This document shows, in pieces, positions 11,733-21,641 of a stretch of DNA of 64,000 bases. Below the pieces are notes generated by a model that was not told the DNA's origin, ran no database searches, and was given only the letters and a program-made list of their open reading frames with translations. A program made the position numbers and the translations under genes. This DNA is from Eubacterium sp. (GTDB lineage Bacteria > Bacillota > Clostridia > Lachnospirales > Lachnospiraceae): positions 3,928-67,927 of the forward strand of contig JAILOU010000018.1 in the NCBI GenBank assembly GCA_024690665.1. The letters are read 5' to 3'. The stretch's first letter is position 1. Each line of letters opens with the position of its first letter.

Positions 11733-12413
11733 TTATTTGCTCTTTACAGTCTCCTTGATGGTTACTAATGATTTCTTAGGTCCCGGTACAGCACCTTTAA
11801 CCAGAAGTAAGTTGTTTTCTGCGTCAACTCTTACAACTTCAAGATTCTGAACTGTAACTTTTACGCTTCCCATATGTCCCGGCATTCCTTTGCCCTTGAA
11901 CACTTTACTTGGGCTGGAGCATGCTCCGTTGGAACCCTGATGACGATGGAACTTAGAGCCGTGAGCCATAGGTCCTCTGTGCTGACCATGTCTCTTGATT
12001 GCGCCCTGGAAGCCTTTACCTTTTGAAATTGCAGTAGCATCAACCTTGTCACCTTCTGCGAAGATGTCAGCTTTGATCTCGTCTGCAAGATTATATTCGT
12101 CTGCGTTCTCAAACTTAAACTCTCTGACATATCTCTTGCTGCTTACGCCAGCCTTTTCAAAATGTCCTTTCTGAGCTTTGTTTGTTCCGTGTCTATGTGC
12201 GATTTCTTTCTTTCCTGTTGCATCCTTAGAAACGATTCTGTCTTTCTTGTCTTCGAATCCAACCTGAACTGCACTATAGCCATCATTTTCTACAGTTTTG
12301 ATCTGTGTTACTACACAAGGTCCAGCCTGCAGTACTGTTACCGGAGTAAGAACTCCTTCTGCGTTGAAGATTTGAGTCATTCCGACTTTTGTAGCTAAGA
12401 TTGCTTTCTTCAT
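11733..12413 (-). CDS. rplC: 50S ribosomal protein L3
   Basis: [22 protein letters not shown]. Confidence 0.98.
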   Translation of the reverse strand: MKKAILATKVGMTQIFNAEGVLTPVTVLQAGPCVVTQIKTVENDGYSAVQVGFEDKKDRIVSKDATGKKEIAHRHGTNKAQKGHFEKAGVSSKRYVREFKFENADEYNLADEIKADIFAEGDKVDATAISKGKGFQGAIKRHGQHRGPMAHGSKFHRHQGSNGACSSPSKVFKGKGMPGHMGSVKVTVQNLEVVRVDAENNLLLVKGAVPGPKKSLVTIKETVKSK

Positions 12414-12505
12414 ACTTAATTTTACCTCCTGTTTTGTCTACAGCGGAACGCTTTCGCGTTCATCCTAGAACAGCCTCATATCATATTGTTGGCCCTTCAG
12501 GATTT

Positions 12506-12817
12506 TTACTTCATCTTAATGTTGATATACACACCGGCCGGCATCTCAAGACGTGATAAAGCATCTACTGTCTTCTGTGTCGGTGCTGTGATGTCGATCA
12601 GTCTCTTGTGAGTTCTCTGCTCAAACTGTTCTCTGGAGTCCTTGTACTTATGTACAGCTCTAAGAATAGTTACAACTTCTTTCTTAGTTGGAAGTGGTAC
12701 TGGTCCACTCACCTTTACTCCGTTCTTCTTTACAGTTTCGATGATTTTCTTTGCAGATGCATCAACAAGTTTGTGATCATAAGCCTTTAATGTAATTCTC
12801 ATTACTTGACTTGCCAT
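12506..12817 (-). CDS. rpsJ: 30S ribosomal protein S10
   Basis: [27 protein letters not shown]. Confidence 0.98.
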   Translation of the reverse strand: MASQVMRITLKAYDHKLVDASAKKIIETVKKNGVKVSGPVPLPTKKEVVTILRAVHKYKDSREQFEQRTHKRLIDITAPTQKTVDALSRLEMPAGVYINIKMK

Positions 12818-13046
12818 AAAAAAAGTCGCCTCCTTTTCGCACTTTTAATTCAGTACGACAAGCGGTGACTGTACACTTCTCCGTGTGTGTCGCGTTGCTC
12901 TACACACGAATCTACCTTGTTTTAATCTGTAGATAAATTTCTGTACAGTGACTTGTCGCCAGTTTCCTAACTTGACATTCGCTCCACGGAAAACCCGCAA
13001 TTTCCTTGCGGCAACCTCACGCTTCTACGCTATCAATGTCACAGCA
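12818..13046 (-). ncRNA. long structured 5' leader of the S10 operon (candidate ribosomal-protein autoregulatory leader)
   Basis: About 230-nt UTR with complementary arms TGACATT/AATGTCA and CGACAAG/CTTGTCG on the minus strand; TSS inferred from the promoter. Confidence 0.55.
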
Positions 13047-13052
13047 AGTAGT

Positions 13053-13081
13053 ATTATACATGAATTCATCTCACTTTGCAA
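13053..13081 (-). promoter_or_regulatory. sigma-A promoter of the S10 operon
   Basis: TTGCAA-17 bp-TATAAT on the minus strand. Confidence 0.75.
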
Positions 13082-13201
13082 GACCTTTTTTATATTTCAT
13101 TTTCGGGCAACTATTTGCCGATAGCAAAAGATTTACCTTAGCCGTACATCCATTTCCGACAAAGGTAAATCTGTGTTTCTTCTATATAAATAGGTTTTAT
13201 T

Positions 13202-14656
13202 TTATTCCGCTTTTAATTCATCCGGAATATTATGTTCCCAATCGTCTTTCCAGTAATCCAGCTTATCCGGATCAAGTCCGATATCCGATGCATGGAACAC
13301 AGGATCCTTTCCTGCCTTTCGCTGCTTCTCATAGTCCTTACAGCATTTAAACACCACGCCTCCCAAGATGATACAGCATGGTATATTGATAATCGCCATA
13401 CCCCCCATCATAATATCCGCTACGGCCCAGCAGGCATCCATCGGCATCAACGCTCCAAGGAAAATAACTGCTGCCGATATAATTCGGAAGATCACAATCG
13501 CCTTTTTCTCCGGCATCTTATTATTATGAAGATATTTTAATCCCGTATCTACATAATATAAATTTCCAACCAATGTCGTAAATGCGAATAACGCCAATGC
13601 CACCGTCAAAAAGATCGGCCCGACTGCATGCAATCTTGTGGACAATGCCATCTGTACATATTCCGCTCCTGCCACATCGGTATTTCTTGTAACTCCGCTC
13701 GCCAGGCAAAGAAGCGCTGTCGCAGTACACAAAAACAAGGTATCAATTGAGACCGACACAACTGCCACAAGACCCTGCTTCACCGGATGCGTAATATCGG
13801 CTGCCGCTGCTGCATGTGGCGCAGAACCTACACCCGCTTCATTAGAATACAGTCCTCGCTTGATTCCATACACCATACAGGAACCTGCAATTCCGCTTCC
13901 AATGGCTTTAAAGTTAAATGCGTCTTCAAATATCAAGCTAAACATCGCCGGCACATTACTGATATGCGAAAACACTATCACAAGTGCCACCGCAATATAG
14001 GCAACTCCCATAACCGGTACAATGATTTCCGTTATCTTTACAATTCTGCTTCCGCCGCCAAGGATACATACCAGCACAACTACAGCCAGCACGAGTCCTA
14101 CAATAATCGGTGTCGTGGACTCACTGTAAAAGTCATAAACCGAAAATGACGACTGCACATTATAGGAACATAGCATATTAAATCCAAATCCATAGGTCAA
14201 AATCAAAAAGACCGTAAATACAACTGCGAGTCCTTTCTTTCCTAATACATTCTTTATATAATGCTCCGGTCCTCCGTAACATCCAACTCCGTTTGGATTT
14301 CTCTTCTTATAGATCTGCGCAAGCGTCGTCTCTACAAATGCTGACGCACTTCCCAAAATTGCCAGCACCCACATCCAAAAGGCTGCGCCCGGTCCTCCGA
14401 GACAAATCGCCGTCGATACTCCGATAATATTACCGGTTCCTACTCGCGATGCCGTCGATACCATCAACGCCTGAAACGAACTAACACCACCCTTTTCCTT
14501 AGGCTTTTCCATGATGACCTTCCAGGCATTCGGGAACAGGCGAATCTGCACAAACTTTGTACGCACACTAAAATAAATGCCGGCTACCGCCAGAACAATC
14601 ACGAGGATTGGAAAATACAAATATCCATCTATGTTATTTAATAAATCTACTATCAT
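13202..14656 (-). CDS. alanine/glycine:cation symporter (AGCS family)
   Basis: SRVGTGNIIGVSTAI, GGPGAAFWMW, RGLYSNEAGVGS; ATG at 14656 after GGAG. Confidence 0.92.
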   Translation of the reverse strand: MIVDLLNNIDGYLYFPILVIVLAVAGIYFSVRTKFVQIRLFPNAWKVIMEKPKEKGGVSSFQALMVSTASRVGTGNIIGVSTAICLGGPGAAFWMWVLAILGSASAFVETTLAQIYKKRNPNGVGCYGGPEHYIKNVLGKKGLAVVFTVFLILTYGFGFNMLCSYNVQSSFSVYDFYSESTTPIIVGLVLAVVVLVCILGGGSRIVKITEIIVPVMGVAYIAVALVIVFSHISNVPAMFSLIFEDAFNFKAIGSGIAGSCMVYGIKRGLYSNEAGVGSAPHAAAAADITHPVKQGLVAVVSVSIDTLFLCTATALLCLASGVTRNTDVAGAEYVQMALSTRLHAVGPIFLTVALALFAFTTLVGNLYYVDTGLKYLHNNKMPEKKAIVIFRIISAAVIFLGALMPMDACWAVADIMMGGMAIINIPCCIILGGVVFKCCKDYEKQRKAGKDPVFHASDIGLDPDKLDYWKDDWEHNIPDELKAE

Positions 14657-14775
14657 TCTCAAATCTCCATCTTATTTATTCCGCTCTGAGCAAGCGTCAT
14701 GCTATGCCATTATAACATCTCTATGCAAATTTAAAAAGGGGGCTGTGACAAATCAGCGCCGGCACAGAGTATAGT

Positions 14776-15150
14776 GCATATTCGATTAGGGACACCCAGC
14801 GACCGGAAAGGATACATTTTCGAATGCACATCGAGAGCCGCCGGTTCTTGACGAGCATCGATAGCGAGCTACGGACGAACCGAGGCTGCCTCGGATATCC
14901 TGAATATGCGAGGGGCTGCGTAGCAGACAAGGGAATAAAAAAGCAGAAGATTGCAAGCTTGCTTGCATAATCTTCTACTTTTTTAGAACCGTAGGGTGTG
15001 TCGAAGACACATCCCTCGCATATGTACAATCTCCTTATCCATCCTAGCAGAACGCGGTCGTCAGCGAGCGAATCAAACGATGCGCAGGAAAGAAGCGAGC
15101 AGCGGCGGGTCGGTGCAGGCGAAAATAGTATGCCTTGGAGGGAGCGTCTC
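14776..15150. repeat. GC-rich multi-hairpin intergenic element (REP/MITE-like) enclosing a terminator
   Basis: GCATATTC(14776)/GAATATGC(14902); ATATGCGAGGG(14904)/CCCTCGCATAT(15013); internal hairpins CCGAGGctgCCTCGG and GGGTGTGTC-GAA-GACACATCCC. Confidence 0.5.
14937..14984. terminator. long intrinsic terminator, possibly bidirectional
   Basis: AAAAAAGCAGAAGATTGCAAGC-tt-GCTTGCATAATCTTCTACTTTTTT. Confidence 0.7.
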
Positions 15151-15154
15151 CCAC

Positions 15155-16387
15155 CTAATAGAAAATCATATTATCAATCACCGTTCCACTAATCCCGGCC
15201 TTCTTCGCACTCTCAACCGTTCTAAAGTACAGATACTTAAACTGAGATCCACCCTCAAGGATTTCCTTGGCCGCTTTCACACAATCACTGTAACCATCAT
15301 TCTTCTCATTTGCCAGATAGTAGGCAAAGATTCCACTGCCGACCGGCGAAAACTGACCCGACTGGTAGATAACGCCCTTCACACTGTTCGGGAAACGACT
15401 GCTGGCTACACGGTTAACAACAACACTCGCAACGGCGAGTTTGGATTTGTAGGATTCGCCTCGCGCCTCGCAGTAAATAATGACAGAGAGCAATTCCTCA
15501 TCACTGGAGCTTGCAGAAATCTTGGTGCCGGTTGACGTCTCCTCTTCCTGTTCTTTGATTTCAGCAAGACGGGCAGCCTCTTCCTTAGCAGCCTGTTCCT
15601 CTAATTTCTTTTGCTTTTTTTTCATTTCGGCAAGCTGCTCTTCAATATCCTCTTGCGACTGCTGCGCCTTTTCAAGATTCTCCTTCGAAGAAGCAAGTTC
15701 CGTCTTCGTCTCTGTCAAAAGTTCATCCATCTCAGATTGTTTCGATTCATAAGAAGCCTTTTGCTGCTCAAGATCCTCTTCCTGCTGAGCCAGTTGCTCC
15801 TCATCCTCCTCTAAGGTAGACTGAAGTTTCGCAATCTGGTCAATGGTATCTTCATACTCCATTAACCTGTCGCGATCATAATTGTTAATAGCATTCACAT
15901 ATTCCATACGATTTAAGAAATCTGCAAAACTCTTCGATTCAAAGAAGATTGCAAGATAGCTTTGTGCACCATTTTCGTAGATAAACTGAATACGTTCCTT
16001 CATATTGGAAAGTTGTGTCGTAGCAACCTCTTTTGCTTCGGCAAGTTCCGCTTTCGTCTCTTCAATCTGATTTTCCACACGCTCGTGCTCTGCAGTTGTT
16101 TCGTCAATCTGCGCCTGGGCATCATCAATCTCCGCTGCAAGCGACTCAATCTTCGAATTATAACTGTCAACCTTCGTCTGCAGATCATCCGATTCATCCG
16201 TTAAGTCATCCACCTTTTCCTCGGCTTCTTCTTGTTGCTCCTTAAGGTCGTCAACCTGAGATTTGGCATCATTCAGCTTCGATTCAGTGGAAGCAGATGC
16301 GGGCATTACGCCAAGTGCAATGATTGCGATCAGACAAAAGGCAATGCCACGATATTTAGTTAAATGTCTGCCGCTATGTTTCTTCAC
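15155..16387 (-). CDS. secreted cell-wall hydrolase: PcsB/CwlO-like coiled coil plus SleB-type Hydrolase_2 domain
   Basis: Signal peptide; long heptad region with SFADFLNR; C-terminal IYCEARGE...VVVNRV...FPNSVKGVIYQSGQF. Confidence 0.85.
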   Translation of the reverse strand: MKKHSGRHLTKYRGIAFCLIAIIALGVMPASASTESKLNDAKSQVDDLKEQQEEAEEKVDDLTDESDDLQTKVDSYNSKIESLAAEIDDAQAQIDETTAEHERVENQIEETKAELAEAKEVATTQLSNMKERIQFIYENGAQSYLAIFFESKSFADFLNRMEYVNAINNYDRDRLMEYEDTIDQIAKLQSTLEEDEEQLAQQEEDLEQQKASYESKQSEMDELLTETKTELASSKENLEKAQQSQEDIEEQLAEMKKKQKKLEEQAAKEEAARLAEIKEQEEETSTGTKISASSSDEELLSVIIYCEARGESYKSKLAVASVVVNRVASSRFPNSVKGVIYQSGQFSPVGSGIFAYYLANEKNDGYSDCVKAAKEILEGGSQFKYLYFRTVESAKKAGISGTVIDNMIFY

Positions 16388-16407
16388 AATTCACGCTCCG
16401 CCTTTCT

Positions 16408-17955
16408 CTATTTCTTTTTCCAATGCGCATAGAGAGTTGTATTCTTCTTAAGCTTCGTTTTCTTCGTTACCTTCTTGCCGCCGGACTTTTTCGTATACCA
16501 GCCCTTAAACGTGTAACCCTTTCTTGTTGGCGTCTTTAACGTCCCGACCTTTTTGTAGGCATAAGCCGTGAAGCTTTTTTTGCCGGACAGTTTGCCACCA
16601 TTTACATTGTATTTAACCTTAATTGGCAGCATCGTCTTTTTAAACTTTTTTACCGAACTGTCCTTGTACTTATTCTTAACCGCAATCACTTTTAATTTCT
16701 TAAGTTTTGCTTTTGTGAGCTTAAAGCTCTTCTTATACACCTTTGAAATTGATGAACTGCAATCCGGAGTCTTACCATCCGTCGTATAGTAAATGGTCGC
16801 TCCCGAAGTCGCACAGCTAAGGGTAACCTTGTATTTGCTACCGCTGATTTTTACTTTAATCTTCGGCGTTGTAACCTTGTTGCTAATTGACTTTGCACTC
16901 TTAGCTGTAGATTGCGTAGAACCAGAGTCAAGTGTACACTTTGGACTTCTTGATCCCCAGGCCGATTCTATATCGTGATAGTAAGCGTATCCTCCATCAA
17001 GTGACTCCATCTTGCTGCTGCTTCTTAAATAATAGAGGTAACCGGCTCCATCATCATCCCAGGTAAGATCAATGTTATACCAGGAATCATTAAGACGAAT
17101 CTTGTTCCATGCATGAACCTCAGAGGTTACCGCCATACAGTCAATTCCGGCACCGTTGCAAAGCATTTCAAGTGCCAGCGAGTAACCCGCACATACTGAC
17201 TTAGAACCAAGCAACGCGCTATATGCACTTTGCGTATAATAATAGGCATCTCCATAATCGTTGCCTGAACTTGCATCATCCAGATAGCTTACACGATTCG
17301 CAATGTAATCGTGAAAATACTTAACGCGCTTAGACGCAGAAGAGTATTTTGACTTCGCCTTTTTGATGACGGAATCCAGACGGCTTTTCAGTTTCTTTGA
17401 CACGCTCTTACGGTCACTGCCATCTGCAAACGAATCATACACCTGAAGTACTATCGCATAACCACCTGAATAGTATGTTCCAAGGAAACTTCCATTGATA
17501 AAATAGTACTGCGGATTCGAATACTTAAACTGAATCAGCAGGTTCTTCATATCTGTATCAGACATCCCTTTACCCTTAACAATATCTGTTCCATAGATCC
17601 CGGCACTACTGTAGTATGTCGCATCCTTAGTCGAAGTCAAAAGTTTGCGGCATGCCTTGTCAAGCTTGTCCCAAATCTTTTTCTTAGAACTTGACAACTT
17701 ATTGTAAGCATAGTTGTTCGAATATTTATCCCAGCTGGTATTGTATACCGTTGAACCTTTCGAAACGCTACTCGAGCTGTCTGATGTCGCTAAAGATCCA
17801 CCGATTTTTTTGACTGAGGCCACCTGACTAGTCGCAAGTTCTTCTGCCACAGTCTGCGTCGTTGTTTCCTGTGCAATCGTCTGTGTTGTCACCCCTCCAA
17901 ATGTTGACAACGCAACCGCCGCACTCATTAAAAATGCAAGTATTTTCTTCTTCAT
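16408..17955 (-). CDS. secreted transglutaminase-like Cys protease with Fn3/CHB_HEX_C-like and InlB B-repeat domains
   Basis: Signal peptide; VCAGYS / HAWN / DLTWD triad; ATIYYTTDGKTP; PTRKGYTFKGWY...TLYAHW. Confidence 0.8.
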   Translation of the reverse strand: MKKKILAFLMSAAVALSTFGGVTTQTIAQETTTQTVAEELATSQVASVKKIGGSLATSDSSSSVSKGSTVYNTSWDKYSNNYAYNKLSSSKKKIWDKLDKACRKLLTSTKDATYYSSAGIYGTDIVKGKGMSDTDMKNLLIQFKYSNPQYYFINGSFLGTYYSGGYAIVLQVYDSFADGSDRKSVSKKLKSRLDSVIKKAKSKYSSASKRVKYFHDYIANRVSYLDDASSGNDYGDAYYYTQSAYSALLGSKSVCAGYSLALEMLCNGAGIDCMAVTSEVHAWNKIRLNDSWYNIDLTWDDDGAGYLYYLRSSSKMESLDGGYAYYHDIESAWGSRSPKCTLDSGSTQSTAKSAKSISNKVTTPKIKVKISGSKYKVTLSCATSGATIYYTTDGKTPDCSSSISKVYKKSFKLTKAKLKKLKVIAVKNKYKDSSVKKFKKTMLPIKVKYNVNGGKLSGKKSFTAYAYKKVGTLKTPTRKGYTFKGWYTKKSGGKKVTKKTKLKKNTTLYAHWKKK

Positions 17956-18040
17956 ACGTTATTCTCCTTTTTGCATTCCACGTTAGACTTTATTTTAACA
18001 TCCGCTATCAGGTTTTTCAACTTTGCATCCGCAGTTGCGA

Positions 18041-18069
18041 TTGACGAACAGCCCCCTTCCTCCTATAAT
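18041..18069 (+). promoter_or_regulatory. sigma-A promoter
   Basis: TTGACG-17 bp-TATAAT upstream of 18107. Confidence 0.7.
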
Positions 18070-18106
18070 ATGGAAGAACTACATTAACACGAAAGGAACA
18101 TAACTT

Positions 18107-18964
18107 ATGTGGATTGCCGATCAATGGAAAGATTATGAAATCATAGATTGTTCAAAGAAAGAGAAATTAGAGCGTTGGGGAAAGTATTATTTACTTCGTC
18201 CGGATCCTCAGGTAATCTGGGATACCCCTAAGAATGCTGCGGAGTGGAAGAAGCTAAACGCTCATTATCATAGAAGCAAGAAAGGTGGCGGCGAATGGGA
18301 GTTTTTCGATCTGCCAAAGCAATGGAGCATCCACTATCGCGATCTGACCTTCCAGCTAAAACCATTTAGCTTTAAGCACACCGGACTGTTCCCGGAACAG
18401 GCTGTCAACTGGGACTGGTGCAGCGAGAAAATCAAACAGGCCGGGCGCGAGATAAAGGTTTTAAATCTATTTGCATATACCGGCGGAGCCACGCTTTCCG
18501 CAGCTGCAGCCGGCGCTAAAGTGACCCATGTAGACGCCTCAAAAGGAATGGTTACCTGGGCAAAAGAAAATGCCGTTTCATCGGGACTTAAGGACGCACC
18601 AATTCGTTGGCTTGTTGATGACTGCGTAAAGTTTGTAGAACGAGAAATCAGACGTCAAAATCACTATGATGCCATCATTATGGATCCACCATCCTATGGA
18701 CGTGGCCCAAAAGGCGAGACCTGGAAGATTGAGGAGAGCCTGCACCATTTTGTCAAATTGTGCGCACAGCTATTAAGCGATGACCCATTGTTCTTCTTAA
18801 TCAATTCCTATACCACAGGACTGGCGCCTGCTGTATTAACCTATCTGTTAGAAACCGAATTAAAGCAATATCACGGTCACGTAGAAGCCGACGAAATCGG
18901 TCTTCCCGTAACGGCATCCGGGCTGGTACTTCCATGCGGAGCCAGCGGACGTTGGAGCCGATAA
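18107..18964 (+). CDS. class I SAM-dependent methyltransferase (RlmI/RlmK-like)
   Basis: HTGLFPEQ, VLNLFAYTGG, IMDPPSYG. Confidence 0.88.
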   Translation: MWIADQWKDYEIIDCSKKEKLERWGKYYLLRPDPQVIWDTPKNAAEWKKLNAHYHRSKKGGGEWEFFDLPKQWSIHYRDLTFQLKPFSFKHTGLFPEQAVNWDWCSEKIKQAGREIKVLNLFAYTGGATLSAAAAGAKVTHVDASKGMVTWAKENAVSSGLKDAPIRWLVDDCVKFVEREIRRQNHYDAIIMDPPSYGRGPKGETWKIEESLHHFVKLCAQLLSDDPLFFLINSYTTGLAPAVLTYLLETELKQYHGHVEADEIGLPVTASGLVLPCGASGRWSR

Positions 18965-18968
18965 CTAC

Positions 18969-19005
18969 AAATGCCTATCCGGCTCCGGTCCGGACAGGCA
19001 TTTTT
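18969..19005. terminator. terminator between convergent genes
   Basis: AAATGCCTATCCGG...CCGGACAGGCATTTTT. Confidence 0.6.
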
Positions 19006-20105
19006 TACACTTCAAATCTCCAGTCAAGCGAAAGTTCCCTCCACCTGTCACGCGCCAGGCGCGCCATCGAAGGCAGATCGCTCCTCTCAAGTTTTTCTTT
19101 GATTTTACATCCGCAGCTTTCATCTAATACATCAAAATCTATATACGCATCCGGCATGTTCCTTTTCAGGAATTTGCAATGATCGCTTACAAGTACGCAC
19201 TGATTGGCAAATGCATTCGCGCCCCGGTCATGAAGCCCGTCAAGAAACAGCGGCTGCAGATTTAAAACAGCCTTCGCATCCGCCTCAAGTTCAATCACAT
19301 CGCGATAGTGAGCGCTGCCTATCCAGTTAAGCTCTTTCGCCTTCGCATACAAATCCCAGTTAATTCCGCAGACGGTAAGCGGCACCTGTGCCTCCACAAG
19401 AGCGTCCACCAGACGCTCTCTCATCCACGCCCGAATGTAACGATCCGCATATGCAACCGGTGCCAATGACGGATACTGCGGAAGAAAACGTTTTTGACAG
19501 ACATTCATCACTGCCTGCTCAAACCCGGCGCCGCTTATCATTTCCTCTAGAATTTCACCCGTCAGCGTCCACACCTTCTGCGAGGCTGTTTTAAGTTTAT
19601 CCTCAAAAAATGAAAGCGGCGCATAAGTCGCAGCAAACAATAGAGCGTACTTTCGCTTCTCAAAAGGAATCTCACGCTGCGCCTTAATCCCCGGATAATA
19701 CATTGTCTGCACACTCTTAATATGTGGAAAATGTTTTTGCACATACCGGCTGTGCTCTTCATCCACGCACACCACATGATACCGGTTCAGCCGCACCCCA
19801 AGACGCTCTTCCAAATGCATCGGATGGTCTAAAATGACCTGATAAAACGGTGCATCAATCTGATTAAGCAGATACTCTCCGTCCACCGTCACAACCGGAA
19901 GCGTCGAATTCAAATCGACAATCGCCCGATACGACTTCCCGATAAAGCTGCACAGTTTCTCCTCTTCTTGCTCGATTTTACCAAGAAAGCAGACTTCCAC
20001 CTGAAAGCCTGCTTTTTGAAATGCATTTATAATCTGTTCTAAAAAAATCTCCTCCGACGAATAACTAAGCGTTCTCGAACGAAAGAATAAAACGGTATCT
20101 TTCAT
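19005..20105 (-). CDS. glycosyltransferase (GT-B, CgeB/Glyco_trans_1_2-like)
   Basis: Start trimmed to MKDTVLFF after GGAG; LDHP, CGINWD, VLNLQPLFLDGLHDR. Confidence 0.6.
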   Translation of the reverse strand: MKDTVLFFRSRTLSYSSEEIFLEQIINAFQKAGFQVEVCFLGKIEQEEEKLCSFIGKSYRAIVDLNSTLPVVTVDGEYLLNQIDAPFYQVILDHPMHLEERLGVRLNRYHVVCVDEEHSRYVQKHFPHIKSVQTMYYPGIKAQREIPFEKRKYALLFAATYAPLSFFEDKLKTASQKVWTLTGEILEEMISGAGFEQAVMNVCQKRFLPQYPSLAPVAYADRYIRAWMRERLVDALVEAQVPLTVCGINWDLYAKAKELNWIGSAHYRDVIELEADAKAVLNLQPLFLDGLHDRGANAFANQCVLVSDHCKFLKRNMPDAYIDFDVLDESCGCKIKEKLERSDLPSMARLARDRWRELSLDWRFEV

Positions 20106-20115
20106 AAAGACTCCT

Positions 20116-21630
20116 TTATAATGCCCAGAAGAACAACAGCGAAATCGCAATATCCACCACAACCATCAGCCATGGATTCAGTTTAAAACGCCTCTTAACC
20201 AGATAATTTGCTATGGCAAGTACGATGACAAAAATCAAAATCAGCCATCTTGATATCCCTGTCGAATCACTAAGTGACATGCTTGAACTGGCAAGCGCAA
20301 GCATAACCTTAATCAAAAGACCACATACAATTGGTCTGATCCATCTTGCAATAAACTCAATCGCACCAAGCTTGGAAATACCTGAATACAGATAGTAAAT
20401 CAAGTAAAAGGCTGCGCAGGATGCTCCGATAGAACCGGCAAATGCAGAAATTCCCGTTAAGATTCCGCATCCAACAAGGCCGGTCGCCGAATATCCCATG
20501 TAATAGCCGATTCCGTAAAGGGTTTTACAAAGAATCGACCCGGGAAGGACATTAACCACGGTAATAATCTGGCTGTAAAATACATCCTCCGATACATAAC
20601 CTGCATCTACAAACATTCCATCTGCAATGGTAAGATATGCATCCCCACCGCCAAATGACATAAACGTCGATAATAAATCACGCAGTAAAAACGGAACCGC
20701 ATAATCCAGGAGCACCAGCGCAGGAATTGCCAGTACTACGATAAAAATCAGCCAGAACAAAAAGGTCTTGCTGATCTTCTTTCGATCAAGCTCCAGATGT
20801 ACCCTTGTCTTTTTAACGGATTGAAACAGCCCCACCACAGAAAGGATAACCATAAGGATTTCCGCAATAGTTACCAGATATGGCACATCTGCAAGAAAGT
20901 CTGCCTTGCCTTGTCCCAGCAAAAAGATTGCACTAAGTACGATTGTCGTAATAATGTGAAATGCATTGCGATTTCCATGTAACCAAAAAGCAATGAAGAA
21001 TACCACCGCCAGCATATGCACCGTACTGATGCTGAATAGCGATGTGACATCTACGCCAAGCACCTTATAGACTGCACTGCCACAGGTAAAGAAAAACACA
21101 AGCCCGATTACAAGATACGTTCGCTTAAACCGCTTGTCACTTATCGTTTTGTTTTTTTCAAACACCTTGGCGATATAATCGCACAAAAGCGCCATGATGA
21201 ATCCGGCAACACCAACTGCTGCCATATTGATATAATTCAAAGCGCCCTCACTTAACGATGAGAGCACCACAAATAAAATCGAAGCCATAATTACGCCCGG
21301 GAGCGCAAAAAGAACCGGCCCGAGAATCATTCCCTTCACGCCAAATGCATGATTTCCAAGCGCACTTGCCAGCTCAACCGGAAGTGCTCCCGGTGTCAGA
21401 TTTGCCACCAAAACATCCTTATCGTATGTTTTTTGGTCTTCATCAAAATCATCATTTCGCACGAAGGCATCTTCCATTACCGGAACAAGCGCATTTCCTC
21501 CGCCAAATCCGATAAATCCAACCTTGAAAATCTCCGAGCAGAAACTCTTTAACTTCATCTTCTTTTTTTTGTTATCTGATGCGCTCTTATGCGCATCCTT
21601 GTTTTTGTTCTTAAGTTCCATATGTTGCAT
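20116..21630 (-). CDS. chromate ion transporter (CHR family, two-domain form)
   Basis: Two CHR half-domains, GFIGFGGG...LTPG and MSFGGG...VLPGS; many TM helices. Confidence 0.85.
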   Translation of the reverse strand: MQHMELKNKNKDAHKSASDNKKKKMKLKSFCSEIFKVGFIGFGGGNALVPVMEDAFVRNDDFDEDQKTYDKDVLVANLTPGALPVELASALGNHAFGVKGMILGPVLFALPGVIMASILFVVLSSLSEGALNYINMAAVGVAGFIMALLCDYIAKVFEKNKTISDKRFKRTYLVIGLVFFFTCGSAVYKVLGVDVTSLFSISTVHMLAVVFFIAFWLHGNRNAFHIITTIVLSAIFLLGQGKADFLADVPYLVTIAEILMVILSVVGLFQSVKKTRVHLELDRKKISKTFLFWLIFIVVLAIPALVLLDYAVPFLLRDLLSTFMSFGGGDAYLTIADGMFVDAGYVSEDVFYSQIITVVNVLPGSILCKTLYGIGYYMGYSATGLVGCGILTGISAFAGSIGASCAAFYLIYYLYSGISKLGAIEFIARWIRPIVCGLLIKVMLALASSSMSLSDSTGISRWLILIFVIVLAIANYLVKRRFKLNPWLMVVVDIAISLLFFWAL

Positions 21631-21641
21631 CTGATATACAT

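Noticed and set aside
14657-15154. Glycine riboswitch upstream of the AGCS symporter
   Set aside because: No recognisable GGAGA...CCGAAG...CAGG aptamer pair, and a promoter-like -10 lies only about 55 bp from the start codon.
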